Positions 11,826 to 24,000 of a DNA stretch of 64,000 nt are shown one piece after another. The position numbers and the translations under genes were made by a program. The DNA is from Vicugna vicugna. Lineage: Eukaryota. The notes under the pieces were generated by a model. The model worked only from the letters and a program-made list of their open reading frames with translations. It had not been told where the DNA came from and made no database searches. Where the stretch lies: contig MU062119.1 of the NCBI GenBank assembly GCA_013265495.1, positions 3,322,388 to 3,386,387 on the forward strand. The letters are read 5' to 3'. How positions within the stretch are numbered: position 1 is the stretch's first letter; each line of letters opens with the position of its first letter.

Positions 11826-12529
11826 CCTGACGGTGCGAGGATCACCGTCGCTGTGGCTCGTTGGTAGGTCTCCCTTCCCCTTCCCACCTGCAACCCTGGG
11901 AAATGACCTCCTCGATCCTAAAGAGCCAAGTAGAGCCCTTTGTGGGCCTCCCCTGGGCCTGGCCACCTCCACCTGGGATTGGCAGGTACTCCTGTGTCCA
12001 GGCCCGGGGGTGGCCAGCTTGCTCCAGACCTGCAGCCTGCAGCCGGGGAGGGACCAGCCCAACCCAGCAGCTGGGGAGGCGGCCCTGACTGTTGGCCTTG
12101 GATGGCCCGAGTGTTTTTATTTGCAAATGAGAAATAAGAAACACTGGACCAGGCCAGACCAGCATGATTTCATCCTCAGTGCCTCCTCCAGCCTCCCCGT
12201 AGGGAGGCCAGCAGGACACGGATGCCTGCAGCAGTTCAAATGACTGAACTGGCCGTGACCTGGGCTGAAATCGAGAGAGGGTCTTCTGGGATGGCTGCCG
12301 ACAGGCATCGGACGCCGTCTACACGGGGAACTTCTCAACCCTGGAGAGAGCAGGGATCCGGGTGGGGCTGACCTCACCCCGCTGGCCCGGGGGTGGGAAT
12401 GGAACAGGACTAACGCCCATGGAGGGGCACCTGCCCGTGGCAGGGATGACCTTAGCTCACTGCATTGAGTGCCACCTGTATACCCACCCTGACCCCGTGC
12501 CCTTCGTGGAAGTAAGTATCATCAAGAGT

Positions 12530-12912
12530 CAGATGGTGGGAAAGCAAAACGGCTTTTGGAGGACGGTCTGGCAGCTCCTCCCAAAACTAAACCTACTCTT
12601 ACCACGCAACCCAGCACTCACGCTCCCTGCTCTTTCTCCAAGGGACTGAAAACAACTCCACACAAACCTGCCCATGGATGTTTATAGCAGCTTTTTTCAT
12701 AATCGCCAAAACCTGGAAGCAACCAAGATGTCCTTGGGTAGGTGAGTGGGTAAATAGACTATGGTCCACCCAGACAGTGGAGTATTATCCAGTACCAAAC
12801 AGAAATGAGCTGGCAAGCCCCGGTGGAACCTTAAAGGCTGAGGCCTGGAGGACAGAGCTCGTTGCTGAGGGAAAGCAGCCGGTCTGAGAAGGCTATGCAC
12901 TGTGTGATTCCA
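12530..12912 (+). mobile_element. L1M fragment covering the decayed ORF2 C-terminus
   Basis: ORF 12678-12887 reads MFIAAFFIIAKTWKQPRCP...EWVNRLW...VEYY, the L1 ORF2p C-terminal motif. Confidence 0.92.
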
Positions 12913-13064
12913 GCCCCCAGAGGCCTTCGCTGGGGGTCCGCCCTACGGACACTGGACTTGTCCTGCCAGCCCCACCGTCCCTGAGCCAATTCTGCAAGAA
13001 CCTCTTCTTATCCGTCACCCACGGGCTCTGCTTCTCTGGTTTGATGCTGACCGATATGATCGCA

Positions 13065-13135
13065 TCATAGCCGTGTCACCAAGGGCAAGCAGTCACCAAG
13101 GGCCTCAGTCTCCTCATCTGAAACACAGGGCTGGT
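13065..13135 (+). mobile_element. MIR fragment with internal 12-bp duplication
   Basis: GTGTCACCAAGGGCAAG...GCCTCAGTCTCCTCATCTGAAA; GTCACCAAGGGC at 13075 and 13092. Confidence 0.7.
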
Positions 13136-14669
13136 GAGAGTGTCCCTCACCGGATGGGGGCTCAGAACCCACGCTGAGAAGGCACCGGGGGTGGGTTTGC
13201 GGGGGAGAAGTAGGAGCCCAGGAGAGTTCTGTCGCTCGCCAGGGCCGTCGCAGCACACAAGCAGCAGAGCCGGCTTGGGGCGTGGCCCTGTGGCCCCAGC
13301 CACGCTCACACTGCCTCCGCTCGTGGGCAGTTCTGAAGGCACTTGTGTCTGGAAGGGTTCGAATGACCTGTGTGTTCCATTCAAATCATGCTTTCTGTAG
13401 GAGAGGAAACGGGCTCGCAAAGGTCAGCATGTTAAACGGTCACGACAGCCCAGTGGAGTCAGGGAGGGTGGCCGGCCCGTCACGTGGCCACCGTGCGGCC
13501 AGGCCTGGAGACTGCGGCTGGCGCAGCCGGGCGACCCCGACTGCCTCCTTGCCCAGACTTCGCCCGGGGCCCAGCGTCCGCGTCCTGCAGTGGGTGCTGC
13601 GTCTTCCCAGGGCCACCGAGAGCCCCCGTGGGTTTGTGTCAGAAACAGTTGGAGAGTCCAGCTGCTCCTCAGACGTTTCCAGTCGCACATTTTCCACATT
13701 CCTCCTTGACCTGGCACGGCTGGGCCGTGCTGTCATTTAAAAAAAATAATAAATCTGGTATTTGAAATAAAAAAAAAAATCACAGCCTTCCTTTCCTTGA
13801 CTCATTTCCTGTGGTGTTTCCCTGGCCTAATCGAAACCTGACAGGCTTCGTGGCAAAGGAAGCCAGACCCCCCTGCACCGGGGCAAAGTTCAGCGTGGAG
13901 AATGGTGTTTTTGTTCAGGGGACTGGGAGGAGGCGATGGTGAGGGGCTTCCCCTGCCGAAACCGAAAAGCAAAGCAGAGGACCGAAAGGAAAACACCCCC
14001 CTGCATGGTGTTCGACTCAGCCCTTGGAGTCAGGAGTGAGGTTTGAGCCGGCGGCACACACAGGGTCACATGTGCGCCTGCTCTGTCCCCCGCCACACCT
14101 CTCGGGCTTTACACGGGCCCCAGAGGCCCTTGGAGGGAAGTGACTCCCCCACCGCCCCTACCAGGACAGGCGGGACCGTGTCCTCACCAACCCCCACTGA
14201 GCTGGGTGAGAACGGGAGCTCCGGCAGCAGCACGCAGCTCAGGGAGTCCTGGCGCCTGGAGCTCCGTGGGCGCCCGCCACCCGGGGGAGAGACGGGACCG
14301 GCAGCACCTGCTTTGCTGGAGAGTTTACGCCGACGGTGACAGTCCTCGCCGACCCGCGTGGAGCGTTTATGGTGCTGCTCACCTTAGGGGCATTGCCTTG
14401 TTTCATCCCGAACAGCCTTATGCGGCGGAAAACATGGTGCTACTGATCTTCTGTGGAGGCAGGGTTTGGGGAAATGGGGCACCCGAAGTACCTTGCAGCC
14501 ACCAAGGAAGCTGTGTGCCTGAGCCGCCTTGCTCTGCTCCTTCCAGAGGTGGCTGGCAGAGGAGGAAGGCTTCACCTGGAGGTCACCTGGGGTGCTGACA
14601 GGTGTTGACAAATGGGCATTAAGGAGCCTTTGAGAAAAAAGAAGACGCTGGCCTCAAACCCACTGGGCT

Positions 14670-15280
14670 GAGGGGTTGAAAACAGCCGTGGATGCACAGT
14701 TATAAGCAACATGATCATTATACACTTTGGAAAACTGGGTGGAGGGACCTTCTAAAGCTAAATGTCCACCTACTCTGTGACCCAACACATAAACCCGAGA
14801 GAAATGAAAGTACACGTCCACCAAAGACCCGTGTGGGACAAGAACGCTCACCTCGTCTCTGTTTACGGCAGCTCCGAGCGGAGAACACCGAGTGTGCGTC
14901 AATTACAGAACCGGCAGAGAAGCCGAAGCATGCTCACTGAGGGCTTACTCACAGCTGTGGAGGGGGCGGGGCCCCTCTGCACACACGCGGACGGGCCTCG
15001 CAAGCTGGGGGTGAGCGAAGGCAGTCCTGTCACAGGAGTGCGCGCCATGGGGTGCCGTCCGCGTGCGGCCCGCCTGCAGGCAGCCCTGTTGGTGCTCACG
15101 GTGACGGCGGTGCCCTTGGGAGACGTCGACCGGGAAGAGGCACGCGGTGGCCGCTGGTGCACTGGGTATAGACGTCTTGGTCTGCGTGGTGGCCACTTCA
15201 GGGCATACCTCTTCAAAAATTCACTCCACTCCCGTGCAGCTTACTGTGCGTGTGTGATACTTCAATTAAAATGAAAGGAA
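14670..15280 (+). mobile_element. L1ME/MC-like 3' fragment
   Basis: ACTTTGGAAAACTGGG...CCCGAGAGAAATGAAAGTACACGTCCACCAAAGAC and terminal GTCTTGGTCTGCGTGGTGG...GATACTTCAATTAAAA. Confidence 0.75.
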
Positions 15281-15484
15281 AAGCACAGGCGTTGCCAGCT
15301 TAGAGCCTGGTTTGGGCGACAGGCAGACTCCAGGGAGCACAGAGCAGGGATGACTCAGTAGACTGGGGGAGGCGGAAAGGCGACACTGAGGCACAAGTTA
15401 CACAACTCTGGAGTCTCTTGCAGGCCCCTGTTAGCCCGTGAGTTTATCTCTGCCTTCGTGTGTTGTTTTCAAGGTCCACGTCAA

Positions 15485-15522
15485 TGTGTGTGCACGTGCG
15501 TGAGTGTGTGTGTGTGTGTGTG
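15485..15522. repeat. (TG)n microsatellite, imperfect
   Basis: TGTGTGTGCACGTGCGTGAGTGTGTGTGTGTGTGTGTG. Confidence 0.9.
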
Positions 15523-16739
15523 ATGTGAGCGTTTGTGTACTGACGTGGAGTACAGAAAGTCTGAAACGACAGTTTCATTGGCATCATTTCCACCCCTAGT
15601 CTAAGTGTGTGGGCAGTTACTCAGTGGTCCTTGTTTTTCCCGGACACTTTAACCTCCAGGTGGGCCCCTGACCCTGTCTGTGTGTATTTAGGCGGAGGGC
15701 AGGAAAGTGAGGCTCCACCTGGCATGGTTGGGGGTTTGTGAAGGCAGCCACGGGATGCTGTTGCTTCGACATTCACCCTGAGGTTGTCACACATGACAAC
15801 CCTTAAAAGGGTCCCGAGCACACCGTGCCCCAGAAGCCCCCTTCCCAGCCAGCTCTCTCAGGAGCCCCTTACAAAATAATAACATAGTGCCACAGACCAG
15901 GGTGGGTGTGGGCTGATTATCTGCCAGGCTTGTGATGGTCAGCCCTTAACTGTTCGGAGCAAGTCAGACAAGAAATAGAGAGCTTCCAAGCGGGACATCT
16001 TGGGTAAGTAACAACAGAAGACGGCCCCTGTGCTCTCTCTGTCTTGCTAAGCTAAGGTTCTGTGCATGTCTCGACCCAGCATTGACTCTTGAGTGAAGAG
16101 GGTCGCTATTGGAGAGTCTACAGCAAGCTCATGTCATCCCCGGTGTGGGCTGCAGAACAGAACTCCACTCAGCCGAACGGTCTGGTTAGCAGCGTCACCA
16201 CATAGAACCTATATGGGTAGCTGATTTTCAAAGGACTCAGTCAAATCACAGCTTTTCAAATCAACAAACATCCAGTGAAAACCTACCACGCTCCACGTTC
16301 TGTAGTTAGCCCCATGAGTCTTGAATGAACGTGCACATCGGGCCCTCAAGGAGCTCCTGGCACCCTGTCTCAGCCATACGGTCCTCCTGCCCAGAAAGGA
16401 TGGGGGGAGCAGTTGGGAGTTTGGGCATTCCTCTGAGTCGTGTCTATGAACACCAGGCACTTCATAATCTATACGCACAGAAAACCAGGTGTGGGAGCTT
16501 CTGCTGGCTGGAGGGTGACAGGTTTGCACACGTGAGCTCGTGAGTGGGTGTCACGCTAGTGAATGGGCATCACTGAAGAGGCTGGAATTCCTGCACCTAA
16601 TTCAGGGACTGCTTTAGAGACATAGGTGGTTGCCTAGTCGTTGTGCCCCAGGTGTGCCTCTGGTCTGCCTGAATTATGGTCACTATAGAATTATATTGCA
16701 CACGTTGATGTGCATGACGACTCAGGTGAGCGATGGCGC

Positions 16740-16850
16740 TCCTCAAAGCCATAACCACGGCTCCCTCAGCCCTGGAACCCCAGCGCCTGATGCCTCGTGG
16801 ATGCTTAATGGATGTTTATGCAGAGACGTAATGAATGAGTGAGGGTGACT
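16740..16850 (+). mobile_element. L2 3' end
   Basis: GCGCCTGATGCCTCGTGGATGCTTAATGGATGTTT...AATGAATGAGTGA. Confidence 0.6.
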
Positions 16851-17000
16851 GAGTGAGCGTGCCCTTGGGGAAGTTAGCATCTCTGAGATTTATTTTCTTA
16901 TTTGGAATGTGAGACAGTGATGGCACCCCTGCCGTGGGTCATGGCGAGGGCCAGGTGAGAGCACGCAGGCCGGCGACGGTGACAGTGACAGCGGTCCTGG
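16851..17000 (+). mobile_element. MIR fragment
   Basis: GTGCCCTTGGGGAAGTTAGCATCTCTGAG...TATTTGGAATG followed by a triplet-periodic tail. Confidence 0.6.
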
Positions 17001-18221
17001 GGGAGGGGGGTGCGGGGGAGACGGACTCGCGCTAAGGAGTTTACTCTGCTAATCGCGCTGACCAGTCAGCGCTCAGGCTGGAACTCGTTGTCCGGCCCTA
17101 ACTTTAGAGCACTTTCTCTAGAAGCAGAAGACAAATGAGGACCCCAGGCCTCCGCCTTGGAACTCCACATGAACTCCCCCTCGTGGGCTGGGGTCAAACT
17201 CTGGGCAGCGGATTGGCTCATTAAACAAATGACCTAATTTAGTACTTAAGACACCCAAAATTTACTAGACTAATTTGTCAAGTCATCCAGAACAACCAAA
17301 CCACAAACAGTTGGCCCCGCAGGTTTTAATGGAATTATAGACAAAATTCAGATTGACTACTCAATAAAAGTTTCCGTTAAAGCAGGGCTGACAGTTTAGT
17401 CTATGGGACGCTGAGAAGACATTTATGGGCTGGTGTAAATCTTTTGACGGACTCTTTCATCTTGTCCTTTCCATTTTTACCGCCTCTGAGGGAGGATGGT
17501 TTATGGGGCAGGAAGCAGGAAGTAGGAGACAGGAAGTACAAAGGTTCTATTTTGGACGTGGCCACTGATAAGCCGGTAAAGGCTTCGTACCGTGCGTGAG
17601 CAGCTAGTGGCCGGGACTGAAGAATGAAGCGCGTTTGTCCATCCCCCGGTGTCAAAGGTTATCTACAGAGATAGGAGGGTGCTGAATAAAGTAGGGTTAG
17701 CACAGAAATCTGTTCTTGGAATTATGTCTAAACATCTGAACCTCTGTGCTTACACCTCCTTCTGCAGCTGAGGCCTTGTCTGTCATTTTTCGGCAGAATG
17801 ACCAGAGAGGACTTGGACCGACCTCCTCCGTCCTGCTGTTCCCAGAAAGACCATGGAGGCGGTTATGAAGGCCCGTGTTCCTGGGGACACTTGGGTCCCT
17901 CACATCGCCTGGACAGCTGTCCATTTACACGGTGAGAGTAGCAAACTTTCCAGTTTAGAGCTCCATCTGGTTCTTACATCAGGCTGAGCCATGATCGTAA
18001 GGAGCGAGCCCAAACACACCGGGGGGACGCGAAAATTCAGGAACGAGCGTGTTTATATTGTGTTTGCATTAATGCTTCCTAGAGTTTATTCTCAAAGTGA
18101 AGAAAGAACAATGCATAGGAGGCCATTAAACCCAAACATAATCAGTTTAAAATTAGGGGCGTGCTCCTCAGAACACTTCTCCCCTGTTTTGAAGGGTCCA
18201 CTGGAGGAGGGGGCGGGGGGG

Positions 18222-18381
18222 NNNNNNNNNNNNNNNNNNNNNNNNNNNNNNNNNNNNNNNNNNNNNNNNNNNNNNNNNNNNNNNNNNNNNNNNNNNNNNN
18301 NNNNNNNNNNNNNNNNNNNNNNNNNNNNNNNNNNNNNNNNNNNNNNNNNNNNNNNNNNNNNNNNNNNNNNNNNNNNNNNNN
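18222..18381. other. Assembly gap (160 N) flanked by poly-G on both sides
   Basis: N-run seen directly. Confidence 1.
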
Positions 18382-18823
18382 GGCGGGGGGGGGGAGGCGG
18401 GCCGTGGAGGAGGAGGGGCCGTTGTGGATTCTCCGCAGGGCTGGGCCTCCCCTGCGGCCACTGCTGTTTGTCATATGGAATGGATTAGGCCTCTCTCACA
18501 CTGTCAACTTGGGTGTTCTGTGCACAGCCTGTTTTTGCTGGGGTCTTGGTTTTGCTTTTTATAACGGCAGGAAGTGCCCCTCTCGGACCACATGTGAAAT
18601 CGTGTGGGAACGGTTGGGAGAGGGTGGGGGTTGGAGAGGAGGGTGAGTGGGGTGTGCAGATGAAAAAGCCTCCCCTAAAATATACGGCGGTGGGGGAGGC
18701 GGGGAGGGGAGAGCGCGCTGGCCAATTTAACTTTATGGGGCCCGGTTGGCAGGAGGATGAGGAGGTGGAGGCTGCCTTGATGAAACCCTCCTGTCCCTAA
18801 TAGATCTGCCCCGAATACTTTAC
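18382..18823. promoter_or_regulatory. Putative G-rich promoter or enhancer segment between two gaps
   Basis: Unique sequence with GC boxes, canonical G4 motif 18606-18630, CCAAT 18722, ETS CAGGAAGTG 18568, TTTATGG 18732 and minus-strand TATAAAAA 18556-18563; function is inferred. Confidence 0.35.
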
Positions 18824-18986
18824 NNNNNNNNNNNNNNNNNNNNNNNNNNNNNNNNNNNNNNNNNNNNNNNNNNNNNNNNNNNNNNNNNNNNNNNNNNNNN
18901 NNNNNNNNNNNNNNNNNNNNNNNNNNNNNNNNNNNNNNNNNNNNNNNNNNNNNNNNNNNNNNNNNNNNNNNNNNNNNNNNNNNNNN
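18824..18986. other. Assembly gap (163 N)
   Basis: N-run seen directly. Confidence 1.
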
Positions 18987-19549
18987 AGAAAACCCCCGCC
19001 TGTGTACGTGCACAGCCAGAGCCAAGCCAAGCCCCTGGGTTTTGTTTCTCCTTCTGCACAAAGGCTTGCTGTCGCGTTACGGGGCGGGTCCCACAGGGGC
19101 TTCACGGAAAACAGTTCCACGGTGGGGCGCCCCCTCGACTTCACCTGTGGCCAGCCCTGCCCTTCTGCATCCAAGGATGCTGCCTGTGGAGTCCGAGCCG
19201 TGCCGGAGGCTGACACAGCAGGGGCGGCCCGGAGCCTGGAGCGCGGGTTCACCGAGAGGCTGTTTCCCCACCAGCAGCTCCTTCCTTCCCCACCTGTTCG
19301 CTCGGCAGGGGGAGGGCCAGACAGAAGCAAGGAGGGGCAAGCCCCTTCTAGGCATCCAGCTCTCAGATGGGGCCATGGGTCCCTCGAGTTTGAAACAGGG
19401 TGCGTGCGCGTGTTGTACCTGGCAGGGGTTGGGGAGGGGGTCTGGAGCCCCCAGGTTTGTCCTCACGATGGGTCCTGCAGCTCCTCCTTAATCCCTGGCC
19501 CCGTGAGCACCTGCGGCCCTTTCCAAGATCCACCCCGCAACCCCAGGGA

Positions 19550-19670
19550 TCGGCTGAGGGGAAACTGAGGCACGGCCGGCCAGGACCCTGCCCAGGGCCG
19601 CAGAACTGCTGGTAGTGGAGCCAGGATTTGAACCCAGAAGTCCCCCTGGGGCTCCGAGTTTGACTATGTC
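19550..19670 (-). mobile_element. MIR fragment
   Basis: GAGGGAAACTGAGGCAC...GGAGCCAGGATTTGAACCCAG. Confidence 0.85.
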
Positions 19671-20479
19671 CCCAGGGGACACGCTGGAAGGCGACATGCT
19701 GGGACCCCGCACCGGCACCAACCTGTTAACATTTTTGTGCGGTTTCCCTGGCGCTGTCAGCATTTTGCTCTCCAAGGAGCTTTGCAGCCTTGAACTTACA
19801 ACTACTGTCCTGTCGCGGGGTGACGACTTCCTGCGGTTTACACGCAGAAGTATGGTTTCTAAATAGGCTATTAATATGGATTTGCCTTAAGTGACTCAGT
19901 TGGTCCCTTCTTTTGACATTTAGGTGATGAGTCTCCAATTTTCTTATTTATAACCTGGGTGGTTGCAGATCCTCGTGCATCTCTCTGATTATTTTAACTT
20001 CTGTAACTGGAGCGTCAGAAGCTTACAAAGTTCTTGAGTCATGGGGAGGCTGTCGTGTGGAGAAGGGGGAAGAGCCGGGGGGACCACCACCCGCGGGCCC
20101 GTTTGAGAGGGGAGGGACCCCTCGGTGGCCCAGGTGGGCTTGGGTAGAGAAGGCCTGGGCGTGGGCTGTGGTCTCTTTACCCAGAGATGTCCATTCTGCC
20201 CTGGGGCAGTTCCACTGGCGGGACACCTGCCACATATTCTCAGAAACGCAGACTGAGCTAAACGAGCTAAATGGGACAGGACCAGGATGACTGGGGCTCC
20301 GGAGAGGGCGGGGCGGTCGGGTGAGAGCCGCCTGGGACTGGGGTCGTGGGTGGGCAGGCCTCGTCAGATGGCGCCTCATGCATCTATCTGTTCATGGGCC
20401 AAACTGACTCCTCCTCAGAGTGTGCTTGTCCCTGTGGATAAAAGATGAGTCAGGTCCAGCCTCTGGTGGCAGGAGTCAG

Positions 20480-20635
20480 TACCCCCAGCCCTGGCTCCTT
20501 AAGTGTGGTCCCCAGTCTGGCCGCAGCATCACCAGGCACTTGTTGGAAATGCGGGGTCCCAGGGCCCCCGGGATCAGAGCTGCACATTAACTGGAGCACA
20601 GTGAGTCCCATTACACGCAGCACTTGAGGAGCTGG
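20480..20635. mobile_element. MER5A (hAT-Charlie non-autonomous DNA transposon)
   Basis: AAGTGTGGTCCCCAG...GCAGCATCACCAGGCACTTGTTGGAAATGC. Confidence 0.85.
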
Positions 20636-21590
20636 GACCGCATGTTGTCCCCGAGGTCACAGCTGTAGATCCCTCCCCACCGCCTACAAAATAGCACGAG
20701 ACAGCACAGAGAAGGTCCCAGCCCGCGGGCTACGCGTGTCCCCGACGGGTCTTGAAGCCCCTCAGCAGGTGTGTGTGGGAAGAAACTTGGCCTGGGAGGG
20801 AAGTGGCGATATTTTGTTCTCCCACAAGAGAATCCGCAGAGAAATTAGGCTCCAGCCCCTCTGTCCAGCCCACTTCAGGGATCGTGAAAACTCAAGGCAC
20901 TGGGTAAAGGGTCCTGCCAGAGGGGCCAGCCCTTGTGAGGGCCCAGTTGCCCCACTCCTGACATGACTTCTTAGCTTCCACAGCTGGTTAGAGGTCACAC
21001 TGAATGCACCCCTCTATCCCCAGGTCTCCCGACCCCCATGCACCAAACGCCGAAAAGCCCATGCAGGTGTCTGGATGGACAGTGTCGCACTGGCTGCCTG
21101 GCGGCCCTCAGCCCCACCCTCCCTGATGTTACCTGCATGAAGTTCACGTCTAATGAGTTCAAAAGATGGTTTAAAAACAATGTCTGGAACATCTTCTAAT
21201 AGTCCATGACGAATGGGCTGGGCTGGGCTGTCCCATAAATCGCCTGCTCTGCGGAGCAGTCGCAGTGATGGTCCTCAGACACCCTTATCAGCACTTGATA
21301 CTCATGTAAACCAACTCTCCGTAGTGACAGGATGAAACAGTGACGCTGTGCAGGCCTCGGCCTGCTGTCCTCGTCCCGCTTTGAAGTCCGGCTGCTAATC
21401 GCAGTGCCGCCTGCCGATGTGAAAACGGGCGGCAGGCTGTACGGGCATGCCTCGTTTCAGACAGTTGATGTCGGTTGTCATTTCGGCCAGAAGGCCCCTT
21501 CTGCTCTCCTTGGCCACGGCACAGCAGGCTGGGGGGCTGCCTGCCACTCCGGGGCGCAGTGGCATCCTTACCTGAGAGATGCTAATACCC

Positions 21591-21914
21591 TACAGCAGAG
21601 GGTGTGAACGGTGGCTTGGGGCTGAATCAGTCAGTAGATGTATTTAAATTTTTGAAAATTGTTGCACAACACTTAAAAACGTGATACTTCATTCAAAACT
21701 CCAGATCTCCGGCTTTTTTTGACCAATGGGAAGATCCAGCTGCAGCTGGATTCGGGGACAGTTGGCTGGGTGGGGGGGTGGCTGGCCCCTTGGGGTGAGG
21801 CTGTGTTTTTCAACGTGCCCCAGTCCCCACCGCTCTCTGTCTTCCTGCACCTGGCCCCTCTGTTAATTTAAATCACATGCCTGGCTGCTGTAGGCACTGC
21901 AGTCTGTGATCCTG
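21591..21914. mobile_element. MER102-like hAT DNA transposon
   Basis: AAAACTCCAGATCTCCGGCTTTTTTGACCAATGGGAAGATC...CCAGTCCCCACC...CACATGCCTGGCTGCTGTAGGCA is collinear with my recollection of the MER102 consensus along its full length. Confidence 0.75.
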
Positions 21915-22544
21915 TTTCAGAGTCTGTCATTTTATTCTTTAAACATCCTGGAAAGGAGCAGAGAGACGGATGGAGAGGGTACAAGAACCGTAGGAAGGAC
22001 CCCTGACTGGTACTCACGTGTTCTGGGTTCACGCCTGGGCCCTGCTGCCCCAACACAGAGACTGCTGACCAGCGGACGCTTGTGTGGGCAAGGGGGGGGT
22101 GTGCCTCAGAAGTCCTTCCAGTCCTCGGTCCTGCCTTCTCTGCCGTGGAGTCTGGAGTTTTCTGCTCCTCCCGCCACCCCGAGTGGGGACGTTTACGCTG
22201 ATTGAAAACAGCAGGAGAAAAGCTAACCTGAGGGCTTCTGGATCTGGGGGGGCCTAGGACTCAGAGCGAGCCACCAAGACGCTGGGCTGCAGTTTGCAAA
22301 GCGAGAGTGCTGGGAGCAGGTGCTCTCTGAGGCTGCTTTTGTCTCTGACACTCCGAGAATCTAAAGCCCCGGAGATGGCTGCCCCACTGCCAGGTGACAC
22401 GGCGAGTGTGCTGAGACCGGAAGGAGAGGTGTGGCGCCCAGGCCTTGGGAAGAGACGGAGCTCAGCCTGGGGCGTGGTGGGGGGTGGGGCGGGGCGCTGA
22501 GGTGCTCCCGCTGGGGCTTCAGCTCGGCCTTCACCGCCTAGCTG

Positions 22545-22710
22545 GGCGACCTCCAGCGAGCTTTTTCACCTCCCTGGTGTCCAGTTTCTTTATCTGTCGA
22601 ACGGGGTAGCAGTGCTGATCTTGGAAGAGTTCTCGTTGAAGGAAATACGGTCACAGGTGCAAAGGGCTCGCAGCCCAGCGCTGGCACGGACGAAGCAGCA
22701 GCTGTCACGG
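22545..22710 (+). mobile_element. MIR fragment
   Basis: TTCACCTCCCTGGTGTCCAGTTTCTTTATCTGTCGAACGGGG. Confidence 0.65.
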
Positions 22711-22894
22711 CAGCCCGCGGGGGTGCCTCGCTGCAGCGAAGTTCTAGCCCCGTCCCAGGGACTGGGTGTGCTGGACGGCTGTGCAGCAAGTCGCCGGAGC
22801 AGGGAGACCCCGCACGGGCCTGTGAGTCACAGGCTGTTGGCGGGAAGGAGTCACTGCTGACACGAATCCCAGCCTCGGGCTCAGGGCAGCCTGG

Positions 22895-22960
22895 CTCCCT
22901 CCACTCACCAAGCATTCCCTGCAGGCCTGCCGTGAGCCCAGCGCTGGGCGGTCGCAGGCG
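22895..22960 (-). mobile_element. L2 3' end fragment
   Basis: CACTCACCAAGCATTCCCTGCAGGCCTGCCGTGAGCCCAGCGCTGGG. Confidence 0.45.
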
Positions 22961-23499
22961 CCTGCGTGGTCACAGTCTCCAGAAAAGGAACCCTTATCCC
23001 AGGGACTGTCAGACTCGTGTGCTGAGAATGTCAGAACCTTGAGGGGGAGAGAATAAAAGGAAGGAAGGAAGGAATGGGGTGGGGGGAGCAGAGGTGGTGA
23101 AGCGGGTACGTTAACGCCCAATGAACCACCTTCCCCGTGAGGCAGGAGGTAAGACAGTCTGCCAAGAGGGAGGACATTTAAGTCGGATGTAGAAAAAGTA
23201 CGCATGTCGCAGGGTTGAGAAGGGAGCCGTCTAGGGCTGAGTGTGTTTGCTGCGTGGTACTGGTTTGGAAACGGGATGAGGCCGAGGATGGAGCCACAGT
23301 GCTGCTCAGAGTCTCTGTGCAGGAGGAGCAAGGCTGGGGCTGATGTTAACCGTCGTGGGGTGGGGGTGAAGGGGTGAGGGAGGTGTGCGAAGCTTGGGGT
23401 GTCAGTGGGAGACCCAGCTTGAGAATCGCACCCAGGTCCTTGAGGGACCTCAGCTGACTCATATTTACATTAGAAGACCCCGCCCTCTTTGGATGGCGT

Positions 23500-24000
23500 G
23501 GAGCCGCCATTTAATTCGGAGGAGGAGCTCAGTAAGACTGCAGCGTAGCGAGTGAGTCAGGGCGAAACCTAGCGGAGCAAGCTGACCCCGGGCCGGCCCG
23601 CGTGGCGGCGTGGCCGCGCGCAGGCCGCAGCGCCGTGTGTTGAGCAGGTGAGGGCCAGCGCCGTGTTGCCCCGTAAATAGCGCTGGATGCCGGGAGTAAA
23701 AGCAGGGGTCAGATTCTGGAAGCGCGTTTTAACGAAGACACCGAAAGTGCGGGGATTGACGTGGACCTGGGGTCACCGGGGGCTGCAGGAAGCAGCTCCT
23801 GCTCTGCGTGTGCAGGGGCGACGCCGACGCGGAACCGCGGTGGGAGGAAGGCTCTCAGGGACGGGCCTCACGGCTGGCTGCACGCTGCGTCACCTGGGGA
23901 GCTTCGCGACGGACCCTCCCGCTCAGGTGCACGCCTTGGACTGAAAGCACCCACAGTCCTCAGGTGGTAACTGTTGGTTCCTGGCCGTGTCCTCTGTCAG
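23500..24000. promoter_or_regulatory. CpG-island-like patch not attached to a recognisable gene
   Basis: About 19 CpG in 23561-23700 by hand count; CpG remains frequent to about 24000. Confidence 0.5.

Noticed and set aside
15862-16003. Possible exon (acceptor at 15861, TGG|GTAAGT donor at 16004)
   Set aside because: Stops in all three frames and no transcript evidence is available.
17991-19330. ORFs spanning X-runs (also 46300-46602)
   Set aside because: They stay open only because N gaps contain no stop codons.
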